This document shows positions 38,847 through 51,295 of a stretch of 64,000 nt of DNA, in pieces; position 1 is the stretch's first letter; every line of letters begins with the position of its first letter. The DNA is from Hydrolagus colliei. Taxonomy: Eukaryota. Where the stretch lies: NCBI GenBank assembly GCA_035084275.1, contig CM068751.1, forward strand, positions 5,456,001 to 5,520,000. Direction: 5' to 3'. The notes under the pieces are model-generated. The model did no database searches, was not told where the DNA came from, and worked only from the letters and a program-made list of their open reading frames with translations. Position numbers and translations under genes: made by a program.

Positions 38847-41800
38847 CTGTTCCTGAAAATGCATGAGAGCAATTGTATTCAAGCTACATTGGAGCAGATA
38901 TTAAACGCAGCATTTGGCGAAACAAACGCAGCAGGACTTGGAGGAAGCATTCCTGCCATTTGCTGCTGTCCATTCTCAGCACTATTTCCAGAACAACAGA
39001 TTTGTCTTAGTGGGATCCTGTCAGCAGCACAGTTTTCCATATCATTGAATGATATTCAAACGCTCTTCCATACGCACCAGCAAGGGAGCTTAAGAGGCAA
39101 GATAGTCTCTACAGTAGGTGATTGCTGACTATTTAACTGTATTTAAATGGCTCTGATCATTTAACTGTATTTTGTAAATGGCAACATAAACAGCGAAATA
39201 AATACCCTTCAAATAGACCAAATTTTAGGCTTGTTAAAACTGCGGCTGTTCCATTACTGTTGTAATTAGCATGGATGACTGCTGTGATAAGCAATGATAT
39301 TCACAAACAATTAGTTACTGTACTTTATCTTTATGAAGCATCAAATAAATGTCAGCACTCAAGTATTATGTATAAACATCAGGCCGATAATTGCATTAAT
39401 CATGGAATATCAGGGCCACAGAAAGTAAATCCCACAAGTGAAATTGCCGGGGGTGTTTGCAGAAAATTCTTTTGTAACTTGGATTCTCTTGTCATCTTTA
39501 TACAGTCTACGACTGTAAAACTATTTGAGAAAGACACTTCTTATGATTTTGAAGAAAGCTATTTTGAATAAGTCAATTGCCTGACCTTCTAATCAGTCCC
39601 ATTATTTTCAGTATTTTAATGAAATGTGTTGATGTCTATAGGAAAAATCCAATGTTAATTTCTAAATCAGGAATATCACACTTTGCACCGACTGCTGACC
39701 TGGTAAAAATGTGCAGGACTTAGGCGCAAAAACATGAGGCTTACTTCGTGAAAGTATTTGAGCCAAATGAGATTTTCTTGCATTAATGAGGTGCCGGGCT
39801 GTTACTCCAGTGTAATGGTGTTTGCTTCCATCAGACTCTCAAATCATCCATTAAAATTGGAAAAGTGTTTGGGCTGCATCCCTGAAATCACAAAGATAAT
39901 AAACCTGGTTTAATACGTTACAGAGACTAAATGTGCTTTATTGTACTTTGGAGCACCTAATTGTGAAGTCAGATAGTGAAACAAAACATTAATGACAGTA
40001 AATATTGTCTAACATCTAAACGGGCAATACTGAAATCTTCCTTGTATTAAAGATATGTATCACAGTACAGTGGGTTTGATGGCACTTACTTAAAACAAGA
40101 AGCACTTGGGATGAGCTATGTTTCTATGCTTTCTTTGTCAGTATGCATGTTCAGAATTGGATGGATTATACAGTTATGAAATGATGTAAAACAAAACGAC
40201 AGTCCTTGAGTCAACATTGAAGTCAGTATTTCACTAATGTCCAATACAGTGAGTTGATATATTACCTAATATTAGCGGAGGAATTTCTACTTGTGACAAA
40301 AATATCCAGTTATAAACTTTGCCTGAGGGATATTAATATTTGGAACCTTGCACCCATCCTCAGATCTTAATCTTTCTTATGTTGTCAAGATTTGACTGTT
40401 ACAGGAAATTTAAACTGATAACTACAACACTCGAACACTTAAAATATTCTGCTAAAATCGGATGCCAAGAGCACAACTTCAGCCAAAGGTGGATAAGAAT
40501 GAGGGGCAATCTGAGTATTGATTTATTGCTAAATACACCTAGAGCAATCTTGTCCTGTAAAATAACTCCATTAGCGAAATAAGAAAGAGCACATTTTCTT
40601 CTTTATCCATCTTTATCATGAGGGATGTAAAGAGAATTGGTTCATTGATTGATTAATGGCCCCCAACAGGGACTGGACTTATTAAAAGTCTTGATTACCT
40701 GTCAGTGTGTGATCAGCGTCCTCGCAGGGGAAAAATCACTCACTTAATGCTACAAGATATCCTGCAACAGTAAAGTTACAAAGCTTTTCACTAAATGGTC
40801 CTTTATAGGAGAAACTTGCAAACAACATGAAAAATGGTCACTGAACATTGGTTGTTATCCAGTGACATCTATTGAAACATACGGTTTGTGTATATTAAGT
40901 GAGAATAGGGTAAACTCTAGTCTATTCCACCTTCCCCTCCCCCAACACAATCTAATATTTGCTGTGTGGATGAACACAAGAAGAATGGGCAGAAAGAGTT
41001 GGTCGAACTTTATCCCTTTCCTAAGTCAATGCCTTCAGGAAAGGAGAGAAGAGAGTAATTCTGTATAAAGTGTGCAGTGTGGGAGACTGCCAAAGACTCC
41101 CCTGAAGCTAGGAACATTTATAGAAACATTATTTAAAAAATTATATAAAAACAGTGAACATCATATGAAGCAAGAGTTGCCAGAAAGCAAGTTAAATGCA
41201 AAATCTCAGTTGGTGGATTCATATGTTTTTTATAAACCACTTAGATGCTGCTCTTGTCGCTTATGACATTATTTAGTCCTCTGGATTTGGTTACAGTCTT
41301 GTAATTCATTCCTGCGTAGCCATTACTCCTATCTGGAATGGGAATCAATACAAGGAATATATCAAGTGAGACAGAGGCGAACGTTTTATTGCTCTCATGG
41401 GAAATTTGCAACTTGCAAGGGAAAAAATAAACAGAATGATTATCTTCCACAAACATACAGTACTTCTTACAAATCACAATTGGAATATTTTGCAGATGAG
41501 AAAAGGCATACGTATTGAAGTAACTCTGTTGAATCTCACATTCAGGCTCTTTCTGACAAGAAACCTTGAGCCCTGTTTTATAAATGCAATTTTGCCTTGA
41601 GCTTGTATCCCATGATATATGCCCAAAATATTGGATTGATCTCAACTGTAGCTAAGACTGAGTTAGTTCCGCATACTATTTCATATCTGTGTGAATTAGA
41701 CCAGTTTCGATAGATTTAAAACAAATGTAAATATTATCCCAATTCAGATGATTTAGACTTTCAAAAAGGTCAAGACGGGAACAATTTGCTGTTTTATGTA

Positions 41801-43002
41801 TTCTCTTGTCATGGCTGAGATTAGGCTTTACTGAGAATACACAAGATAATAAGGGCCTATCTGACAGCTCTGTTTTTTTGTGTGTCAATTTTTTAATGAA
41901 GATCTAGCAACATTTCGTTGTGACAATCTTATTCAAGGACTTTGGATCAGCCAGCCATTCCATCCATGAATTGTCTATGATAGATACTATTTTTGTAAGT
42001 GACTTAGAGGATCTTACAGCACTCCCTACTCAAAGTTCTGTTCAGTGCCTGTTCTCAGAGTTCATATTTAGATAGACTGGATTTTATATTAAGCTATTAA
42101 TTGCTCAATCTAGTCTAATTTTTCCTGCTTATTCTCCACATCCTTTTGCCTCCCCCAAAACTCAACGTTGCCAGCTATGGAAAGACTTTAAGTGGAGTTT
42201 AACGCAACACAAAACAAGATTTGATGCTGTTTCCATTGAGTCATCAGTACTTATCAATGATTACGTGATATGGCAGGCTGATGGTGGCAGGATGGGAGAG
42301 ATTAAAGATTTATGATCTTAACACAGATCAATGCTATGCCGCTGCTCTATTGGTAGCTAATAGCACTTCAAATAAGTACTCTTGAATAAAGTTTTCTCGT
42401 GAGTAAAGTGGACATTTATTATCAATGAATGAGGAAACTGTCTCATGGAACCAGATGAAATGAATGGGTAGGTCTCAGAGGGTCTAAAAGCATTAGTTCT
42501 AGACAGCTTGATTTTCAATTTGGACAACAGTCCATATTATGGTTGCCCATATCAATATATCTTCGAATGCTGCGCTAGGAGTCTCGAAATTATCATTTCC
42601 ATTTTGATTGATTGCTGCCCAATTCAAATGTAAGTTTTGAGCTTTCCCAATAAAAAATGAATTACCACGAGCCCAAGCCCCATTGAAAAGTTCAGGTGTC
42701 CTATGATGCCAATTGCTGTGTTTTGGTCATGCAGAGCAGTATAAATACCGAGGAGCTAGTCTCACAGTCAGTTTTGCCAAACAGATACACAGTGTTCAGC
42801 TATTGCAATTTGTATAATGTACCTTAAATAATGCTAGCATAGGGCAATTTATTCTGGCTTTGTCATCAGCAGTTTAAGCGAAACACTATGGTAGTCCTCA
42901 TTCCAGTGACAAACAAGTCGGTAATGTATATAAATTAATGAACATACCATCTGCTATTCCATCAGTTTTAACACGGCATTTGTGTTTTGTTTCTCTCTGC
43001 AG

Positions 43003-43143
43003 GCTGTAATTTTACTTGTTTATGCAATGACCTTGAGGTTTACAGAGCATAACTGGATCTTATATCAAGCTACTTATCAGAATCCTGAAACATTTACTGT
43101 GCCCTTTGGGTCAGATCAAGAAACATGGACTGAAAAAACAGGC
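43003..43143 (+). other. Candidate spliced exon (141 bp), product unknown
   Basis: Acceptor TTTGTGTTTTGTTTCTCTCTGCAG, donor GGC|GTGAGT. Only the phase-0 frame is open (AVILLVYAMTLRFTEHNWILYQATYQNPETFTVPFGSDQETWTEKTG). No homology recognised. Confidence 0.25.
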
Positions 43144-43960
43144 GTGAGTTTGGAAATAGTTTAGCGTGAATCTTTCAGCAGGTGGTAGACTTTTACTATC
43201 AATCATAGAAATAGGCAATAGAGCAAAATATTATCGCCAATTCTACTTTATAGTATTTTCAGTACATACAGTCCAGTCACTGCCAATGTGAATGATACTG
43301 ACTCTGGCTCACTGGTTCTTGTGTCTGCAACTGAGCCAGTGAGTGAAATGCTTTACAAACAAATGCTTCAAATCTTGACACTTATTGTATTAATTCATGA
43401 AATTACAGGTGTGTGGAATGCTGAGTAAGATTGTTGCATTCAATCCTCTTGGTTTCTATTGTAGCTTACGATATGTTTTCATTAATTTCTCTCCTTTTTT
43501 GTTGGATTTCCCCATCTCACGCATCATCCCCGCACAAAGGACATCTGGTGATTTGTCGCCAAACATTCTAACAATGACCATACCTGTCAGAGTCATATCT
43601 CATTGAAGATCTATGAGAGTGCTCTTGGGTGTTCATTAGACACTCTCACCTTAAGTATAGCGTGGGTTGAGTGTAAGATAAGATCCCTTTACTCTGTCGC
43701 AACACAGCAACTAACCACAACTTCAGAAGAATAGATGAACTGTACCATTTCACTCGCAAGCCAATGTTTGATCTTTCAGATGAAGGTTAATCATTTTTAA
43801 AACCATAACCTCCCTTGTAGAATGTATTGCCAAATTCAAGAACGTTTCAAGAAAGCAACAAAAGAAATAAGATAAGGTATTTGAAACCACTATACAGGAA
43901 AGGGTATACTTAGAGATAAAGAATTCCTCAGAATTGAGGCTCTAGGAAATAATTACTTTA

Positions 43961-44148
43961 AAATAATAGCAATAAAATTTGGTCACTCAATCCACGACTG
44001 TTTGTGGGACATTGCTGTGTGCAATTACCTGCCATGTTTCACCCATGAAATATACAGTCAATTCACTTTACAGTATATTCTGTGAAGTGCTTTGAGACAT
44101 CTATAAGACATGATGAGGCGCTATATCAAAATGCAAGGATTATTATTA
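43961..44148 (+). mobile_element. SINE 3' half
   Basis: GGTCACTCAATCCACGACTGTTTGTGGGAC...GCGCTATATCAAAATGCAAGGATTATTATT. Confidence 0.9.
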
Positions 44149-44993
44149 AACCAGGAAACCCTGCTTCAGATCTGAATCCCGGTAAGTATTTTCATTTGAA
44201 ATCCCTCACTGGTGACTTGTCAAATCTCAAGAATCACAGGACGCAGGGCAGAGGCAGATGGTCGGAAATTAGAGGGATGAAGATACCCACACTCAGGCTT
44301 TTATCCTTTGTTTCTCGGTCTATGAGAGCCCTAAAGGGAAAAAGAATGAGGATAAGAGCAGTTTATAAAGTCTAAAATAACTGAAAGGGCTTCAATAAAC
44401 AGTGAGAAATTAATGCAGATAAACAAACGATTTCTGGCAGGACTTAGCCTCCTGTGAGAAACAATCCCTTTGATGTTCCACTTTTGATCTTTACTGCTGT
44501 GTTGTTATCCAGAAGGAGGTTGGTGCTGTTTTGCATTAAGTAGTCCTACCTCCTGAGGGGTGTGTGTTCTTTTTAGCGAATGTTTGATGGCTTTTGAAAA
44601 GATTCTTGGCACTGGAGACAATTTTTCCCTCTTGAGATTCCTACAAAACATTTCACTAATATCGCGGAAATCCGGGCGAGACAAAAAAAATTGCTGGAGT
44701 GCAGATCTTGAGCAATTTGAGTAACGGCATTGTGTTCCTTACCTGCCCAGCGCCCCAGCAACTGATTTAGTTTCCTCTCGAGGCAGCTTTTCTTTCTACT
44801 CTTGCGCAATTCCACCCAAGGCCATCATAAAACAAATGCCGACTGCAACTGTAAACTACAGGTAACAAAATATTGAAGAGCAGCCAAACTTTAGTCTTTA
44901 ACAAGGGAGAGATTTAGCGTGAAGTTCAAGGGGAACCGAGTATCTCGGCACTCGTTTACCATCAAATATTGGATATCTTTCAGCGCCTTGGGA

Positions 44994-45235
44994 GATGCCT
45001 TGGAATTTAATTTGTTGTTGTATTTGTTGTCATTGTTTTTGAAGCTTTCTCCCCTGATTTATGGACCTTGTGTTGAATGTTTATGTGTTGTGGTCATGTG
45101 TTGACTATTTATGGGACATTGCTGTGTGCAACATTCATCTACAAATTATGGTCACTACACATGACAGGGTATCCTGCGAAGGACATTATAATGCAAATGA
45201 ATGAACGTAAACTGTCTGTCAGTTCTAAATACAGT
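44994..45235 (+). repeat. Left arm of a 242-bp inverted duplication
   Basis: Reverse complement of 45884-46125 with 7 substitutions and no indels (compared base by base). Confidence 0.97.
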
Positions 45236-45883
45236 ACGGTACAACGCATTGTGAAGCAGTTGAAAACTTATCGGTGGCAAATTGTATTGTGCGCCACAAC
45301 GACCTCTCCCATTAGTTTGTGAATGTAAATAACACATTGTGTGAATATGTGAAGCACTCCGAGACACTATCTCATGTGAGGTGTGCCACATGTAAATGCG
45401 AGTTGTTGTTGGTTGTTGATTTGAATTCTGTCAACAAAGACAGCGCCCAACCTTCAATCCAGATAAAGTCTTTGTCATTTGCACTAATGTTTTACTTCAG
45501 ACTTGTAGCTGTAAACGTGTAATGCTTTGCACCCAGTCGAGGGTATCAGTGCCTGACATGACGCACTATGGAACACTTATAGCAAATGAATGTTACAGGA
45601 CATGAAATTCTGATCCGCTTGTGTTACATACTCCTGCCTTTTTTTAGTGACCAGCGTATAAACTGGAAGATATTGGCTTTAATAAGCAGGAAGCTTGCTG
45701 TACCAGTACCAGCTGCAGTAGCCTATCGGCTTACAGCCGCTGATGGAGACCCTTCAAATAACAGGCCTTCAAAGGCAAGAGGGCAAAACCAGGTCCTCGC
45801 TGGTTATATGCAAAACAATCGATCGTTCCTGACCTTTTAATCCATGTCAGGAATTTGAAAATGCCTATTGTTTTCATAGTGTA

Positions 45884-46125
45884 ACTGTATTTAGAACTGA
45901 CAGGCAGTTTACGTTCATTCATTTACACTATAATGTCCTTCGCAGGATACCCTGTCATGTGTGGTGACCATAATTTGTAGATGAATGTTGCACACAGCAA
46001 TGTCCCATAAATAGTCAACACATGACTACAACACATAAACATTCAACACAAGGTCCGTAAATCAGGGGAGAAAGCTTCAAAAACAATGGCAACAAATACA
46101 ACAACAAATTAAATTCCAAGGCATC
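45884..46125 (-). repeat. Right arm of a 242-bp inverted duplication
   Basis: Pairs with 44994-45235. Flanked by CATAGTGT on both sides. Confidence 0.97.
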
Positions 46126-47439
46126 CCATAGTGTTTACTAGTGTAACTTTGCTTTAAGAATGACTGAAGATTCTCTACTTTGGCCGCCTAACTTTATTTT
46201 CTGGGAACTACCCACCCTGCTTTGTTGATGTTGCACCAATGGGTATTAATGTACTCAACTCTGCTCTGCTTGGGATCTCAGGATAGCCCAAAAAATGTTT
46301 CAGACAGATTAGTGTTTGTTAGTGCAAGCAGTTTCCAAGTTCAGGCAGGGAGTTTTAATTCCCAATGCTGATGTTAAAATGAAGCCCCCCCAAGCTGAAT
46401 ATGGCGATACCTGCTTGGTAAGCATTTCAATTCTCCCACTCAAAAGCAAATTGAATTGGCCTTCATATGATTTCCCAAAGTAACTGTAGACTGGTTCCCA
46501 CAGTCACAAATTATTAACAGTTTGACCACACAAGTTGGTTGAGAATTTACAATGGATTTTGTAAAATTCCACACAACCTCAGCACAATATATTTCCTATG
46601 CATGTTAAATGTTGGAAATTGAAGAAATGAGGCCTTTTCTCATTTAACCATCTCAACAATAACAACATGCGTTTACCTAGCGCCCTTCACATCTCAGAGC
46701 AAAGGTGACAGTAATAAAAGAACGTTCATTTTAATAGGTCTTTATTCGTCAAATGGCTCAAAGTGTTTTGCAGAAATTATTGCCTCAACAATAGTTAATA
46801 TTTTAGCTCAGTTCTGGCCTACAAGGAAAGTAGTCCGATAGGGTTTCAGTAACTGGTTACTTCAGCTAATATTTACGGAAACTAATATTGAAGACCTTGG
46901 GTTGAGCAGGGCTGGGTCTTCAGATCAATCAGAATTTCATTTTAGGGTTTGTGAATTATTAGACAATTTCTTAAATCCTTGCTAACCAAACCAGCTCAGG
47001 TTATTTAGATGACATGTAAGCCATAATCGTAAGAATTCTGTGTGATTTGGATGGGTAGCTAAATAGTGAACTTGATCTTTTGCGTTCTTTGCAGGAATAG
47101 TGTCTGCGAACATCAGGGTTTCCAGCACATGTTGGAGTTGTGGCAATAAGGTAGGTAGCCTTCTCTTACTCTGGTAGTAACAAATGGCTCAGACCCATTA
47201 GGTATTCAAATCATTCCAAAATATCATTAAGACCCTTGACTCAGGTTGACTGAATAGAGGAACGTATCTATTCTCTGCTCTGCAAGAAAAGATCAAATGT
47301 ATTGGCTTAGAGCATTAGTACTGTACTTCAGAACCTCTGCTTCCTCAAGGTGGCAGTTTGTTGCCTGAATCATTGCTCCTACAACCAGTTAATTTATTCT
47401 TATAATCTAACAAGAACTCCATCTAGGTTTGGAACAGTT

Positions 47440-47505
47440 CTCAAGGCTCCAGTAATCTATTCCAGTCATTAATTATCCTTTGGGTGAAGCAAAAAAACTC
47501 CCACA
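47440..47505 (-). mobile_element. CR1 ORF2 C-terminal relic
   Basis: Minus-strand translation FTQRIINDWNRL resembles the CR1 motif FTQRVVNxWNxLP. Confidence 0.5.
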
Positions 47506-47730
47506 AATGTAGTATTTTGACTGAAATAAAATATGCATTACTGATACAGTAAAGAAAGATAGAAGACCAGCTGACAGGTTGCAGTAACCTGGCATTAAGC
47601 TGCTTTTCATCAATCATTCTCCATAGTCTAATGTGGTCACCAATGTTTCCCATAATCAGATTGCAAAATATTGTTCAGTTAAATTTCCAGAAATACTGGC
47701 AGCAATCATTAATCCTTAATCAACAATACA

Positions 47731-48044
47731 GGAGTCCTGTAGCTCAGTGGTTAGAACACTCGCCTTACAAACGTGAGACCTGTGTTTCGAATCCAGGTAG
47801 GTCAGGGTGAAACCTTGGGCATATTTCCTTACTCCCCATGCCTGATAATAATTCATCAAAAAAACTATAATAAATTGGTCATTTCAATCCACGACTGTTT
47901 GTGGGCCACTGCTGTGCGCAATTGGATGCCGCGTTTCACCGACAAATATACAGTCAAATCACTTTACAGGATATTCTGTGAAGCGCTTTGAGACATCTAT
48001 AAGACGTGAAAAGCGCTATATCAAATGCAAGGATTATTTTATTT
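47731..48044 (+). mobile_element. Full-length tRNA-derived SINE
   Basis: A box TAGCTCAGTGG, B box GTTTCGAATCC, core, tail GAAAAGCGCTATATCAAATGCAAGGATTATT. Confidence 0.95.
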
Positions 48045-50011
48045 AACACAAGTAGTCCATGTCCCCATGGACAAGAAGCTGTTTGGCTTAAAACCAGTTC
48101 AAACAAAACCAAGACACCCCATAGTGATGCAGTAACATTATCAACAAAGAGTAATGCACACCATGGAATGATTTCAAAGTTGTTCACCAAATCTTACGAG
48201 ATGGAAGCATTAAAGAGTTTCCCACTAGAGGGGCAGTACACTCTTACAATGAATCCATACCAGAAATTGGATCAAACGCTACAATAAGGAGATATTAAAC
48301 TCGGCATCCAACAGCTTCAACATCTCACAGTGTCACATTGTGCTGTAAAGAAAGCCGGGATACCAATTTATATGCAGAATGCTGCAGTCAGTAAAGAAAA
48401 GAACTCCTGAAAGTAGGGTTTCATTTAAATATTTGGTCTCAGAAATTACCAGAGAGCCATGGTTGGATTGTGCTTCAATATTCAGCTATTGTTGTCTTAG
48501 TTTTTCAAAGCAGAACATTTGTTTGTTGTTCTGCAATCCCAAAGCTATGTGAAGTGATTATAAATAAATGAGAAGCATGAAATCATAGTGTATTTTTGTA
48601 CAACTCTGGGGAGATGCTCCTCTATAAATCAAAGATTCCTTGAGGAGACCCACTGAGGTATCAGGTAGCAGCGCTTATAGAAGTACTACAGATGTAATAC
48701 GACCAATTTAAATCCAGCAAAGTGAGCCTGGACACTTCTTGAGCAAAAGAACAGACATTTCTCAACATCCGTTTTGGAGGCATTGATGGATTGAAAAGGG
48801 ATCAGAGATGAAGGCCGTGAATGATTTCAGGACCGAGAGCAGCACAGCAATTGCAGCTGCATTGTTTTGATTAATTCCTTCAGAAAAAAGAGAGAACTGG
48901 ATATGTATGTTCTTGGGAATAATATTAGACACAGTGTTCTCCGAATGGTGGCACATTCCCGATGGGAATACAATCATGTTTAAGGTAAAACAGCTTTTAA
49001 ACTAAAGATATTTTCTGCAGCAAGTTGGGAGAGTGTACAAGCAGGGAGATTGTCAGTAGTATTTGGGAATAAGCATTTGCTTGTGCTGAGCGATGTGTTC
49101 AGTGAGAGTGCTGAAATAAATGGTTAATTGTATTGTCGCTGCACTCTGATCACAGAGCAAGAAGAGCAGCTTTCAACACGTGTAACAATTAATTTGTGGT
49201 CCCAAACGTGACAAGGAGTCAGTGAGGAGCGCATACCTATAGTTATAGCTGAGAGCAAACATGTCCTTCCTTCACCAACATCACAAGGGATCATCTCATG
49301 CGCTTTTTTAGATGAGTCAAATGGTCTTGTTGCTTTGAAGTGTGGAGATCACATGCAGGTGTGGTATTGTACTAGAGTCAGTGGAACACCTGGGAAAAGG
49401 AAAGTTAACCTTCCCAGCTGCTCATACCAGAACTATTAAAGATCAAAGGCAAAGTGTGTGTGTGCGGGGGTGGGGGGGGTGGAATAACAGTGTGCATCTT
49501 ACAAATTTCTACCCTGACTGTGTCAAAGGAATTGAAGTGGATTCTTATGAGAAGAATAACTCAAGTAAAACGACAGTGTTTTGGGTGATGCGCAAGAGGG
49601 GATGTTAATTGACTTTTCCATTGCTGAGTGATTGATTAACATGCATATATTGTTCGTAGTCATGGATTATGAAAAAGATGCTTTTCTTATGATGAATGTG
49701 TACACGTACAAAGCGAATTCTAACAGATCACAGTGATGCAAAAAATGTACAACGATATAGTTTTTAAAAAAAGATGTTAAAGAAATGAGTTGGATCAATA
49801 GTCCTGGGTGTAACATTGTTGATCCTTGGATGATGTGTAATTCAGATTATCGTAAAACTATTTATGTTGCTGTCAGGATTACCTGGTGTTTTAATCCATA
49901 TTCATAGTGCAGTGACGCACAGAATTTAAAGGAACGGATAGTTTGATCAAAGTTATCAAAAATTAGCTTGACAAAGCAAATGTAATTTGGGCTACTTAGA
50001 ATTAAAAACAC

Positions 50012-50217
50012 CAACAACAACAAAATTACATTTGTATAGTGCCTTTCACATCGGGAGGGCTTCCCCAAAAGATAATGGAATAACTGTTTTATGGCCGCAT
50101 TATATTACTGTTAATGGAAATATCCTTGTTCAGGTTAGTGAGGTACCCCCCTTTCAGCGCCTTGGGAAGTCCTCGCAATGTGAAAGGCACTCTACAAATG
50201 TAATTTTGTTGTTGTTG
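50012..50217. repeat. Two L2 type-A tails in inverted orientation
   Basis: 50012-50065 and 50164-50217 are 50/54 complementary with a 98-bp spacer. Confidence 0.9.
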
Positions 50218-50974
50218 TTATTACGGCTAATCCAACACTACGAGAAATAAGAGGGACTCGAATCATTCTGTGAAAACTATCCGTGTTTCGCAAATGCAAA
50301 GCTAAATTTTAGAATGAAAAAAATTTAAATGATGGCATACACAAACAAGATGATTTAAAAAGTGTGGAGTGCTCTGTTTTGTAAAGGCATGAATTTTGTG
50401 TAGCATCACTCATTACTCATTACTTATGGCCATACAGTACTTTTAGAATATTTACCTTATATTTTCTAAAATAGCTGATTTGCCTCCCTCTAGCTGCAAT
50501 GACAGGAATAATAGTGGCTGTCAATAATCCTGCCTTTCTAGGAAATAGGGTTGGAAGATACTTCGTTGGGAAACAATTCACAGTTTGAGTCTCCCTAGTA
50601 CCACATTTACAATCTAAGATATACATTTTTCACATTGGGAGGATGCCTCGAGGCGCTTCACGAGATTTACTGCAAAGTGTAGTGACTGAATATTTTGTAG
50701 GAGAACGCTTTGATCTTGTTAGAGTGGCAGCATTGGGAAAGGAAATATTCTTGTATATTAAGTCCTGGTTTCAGCAACTTACTGGGAGAAAGACACAAAG
50801 CAGAGCTCAGGCATTACCTCAGGGAGAAAGGGGAAAGCAAAACATCAGCATAGAATCCCATCAAATCATCTCCTGGCAGCGAGATACTGACTGACAGTCT
50901 GGTACCAGTCACCTGCTCTTGATCTATCAATAGAAATAATTCAGGTTCCAACAGGATAGAAAGCAAAGTTGAAT

Positions 50975-51295
50975 TAACCCCCTCCGTTCAACAGGCTCTG
51001 GTCTGCTCCATATCCCGGATCCATCCTACCATCGGTGGACAGGCCTTCAGCCTCTCTGCCCCCACATTCTGGAAGTCCACCCCACAGTCCATTTACTTCC
51101 TCCCTTGCCTCCTTCAAGGCCGGTCTCAAGACCCTGCTCTTCGATCGTGTCTTCTGCTGCTCTTCCAACTCTCTCCCTCCGTACTACCCTGTCCCTCTCC
51201 CTTGCTCAGGTCCCGATCTGACTGTTCAGTACCTTGCCACATCCTCCCGACGTGAAAGGCGCTCTATAAATGTACTTTTGTTGTTGTTTTTTTTG
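50975..51295 (+). mobile_element. L2 LINE 3' fragment, tail type A
   Basis: CCTTCAGCCTCTCTGCCCCCACATTCTGGAA...SFKAGLKTLLFD...CCGACGTGAAAGGCGCTCTATAAATGT then (TTG)n. Confidence 0.92.

Noticed and set aside
44994-46125. Reading the long inverted repeat as MITE or foldback TIRs
   Set aside because: No TSD flanks the whole unit, the ends match no transposon terminus I know, and the arms contain retroelement debris.
47731-47800. tRNA-like sequences here and at 1028, 36903(-), 55430 and about 31845
   Set aside because: They lack a proper acceptor stem, and the four full copies run straight into SINE body and tail. They are SINE heads, not tRNA genes.
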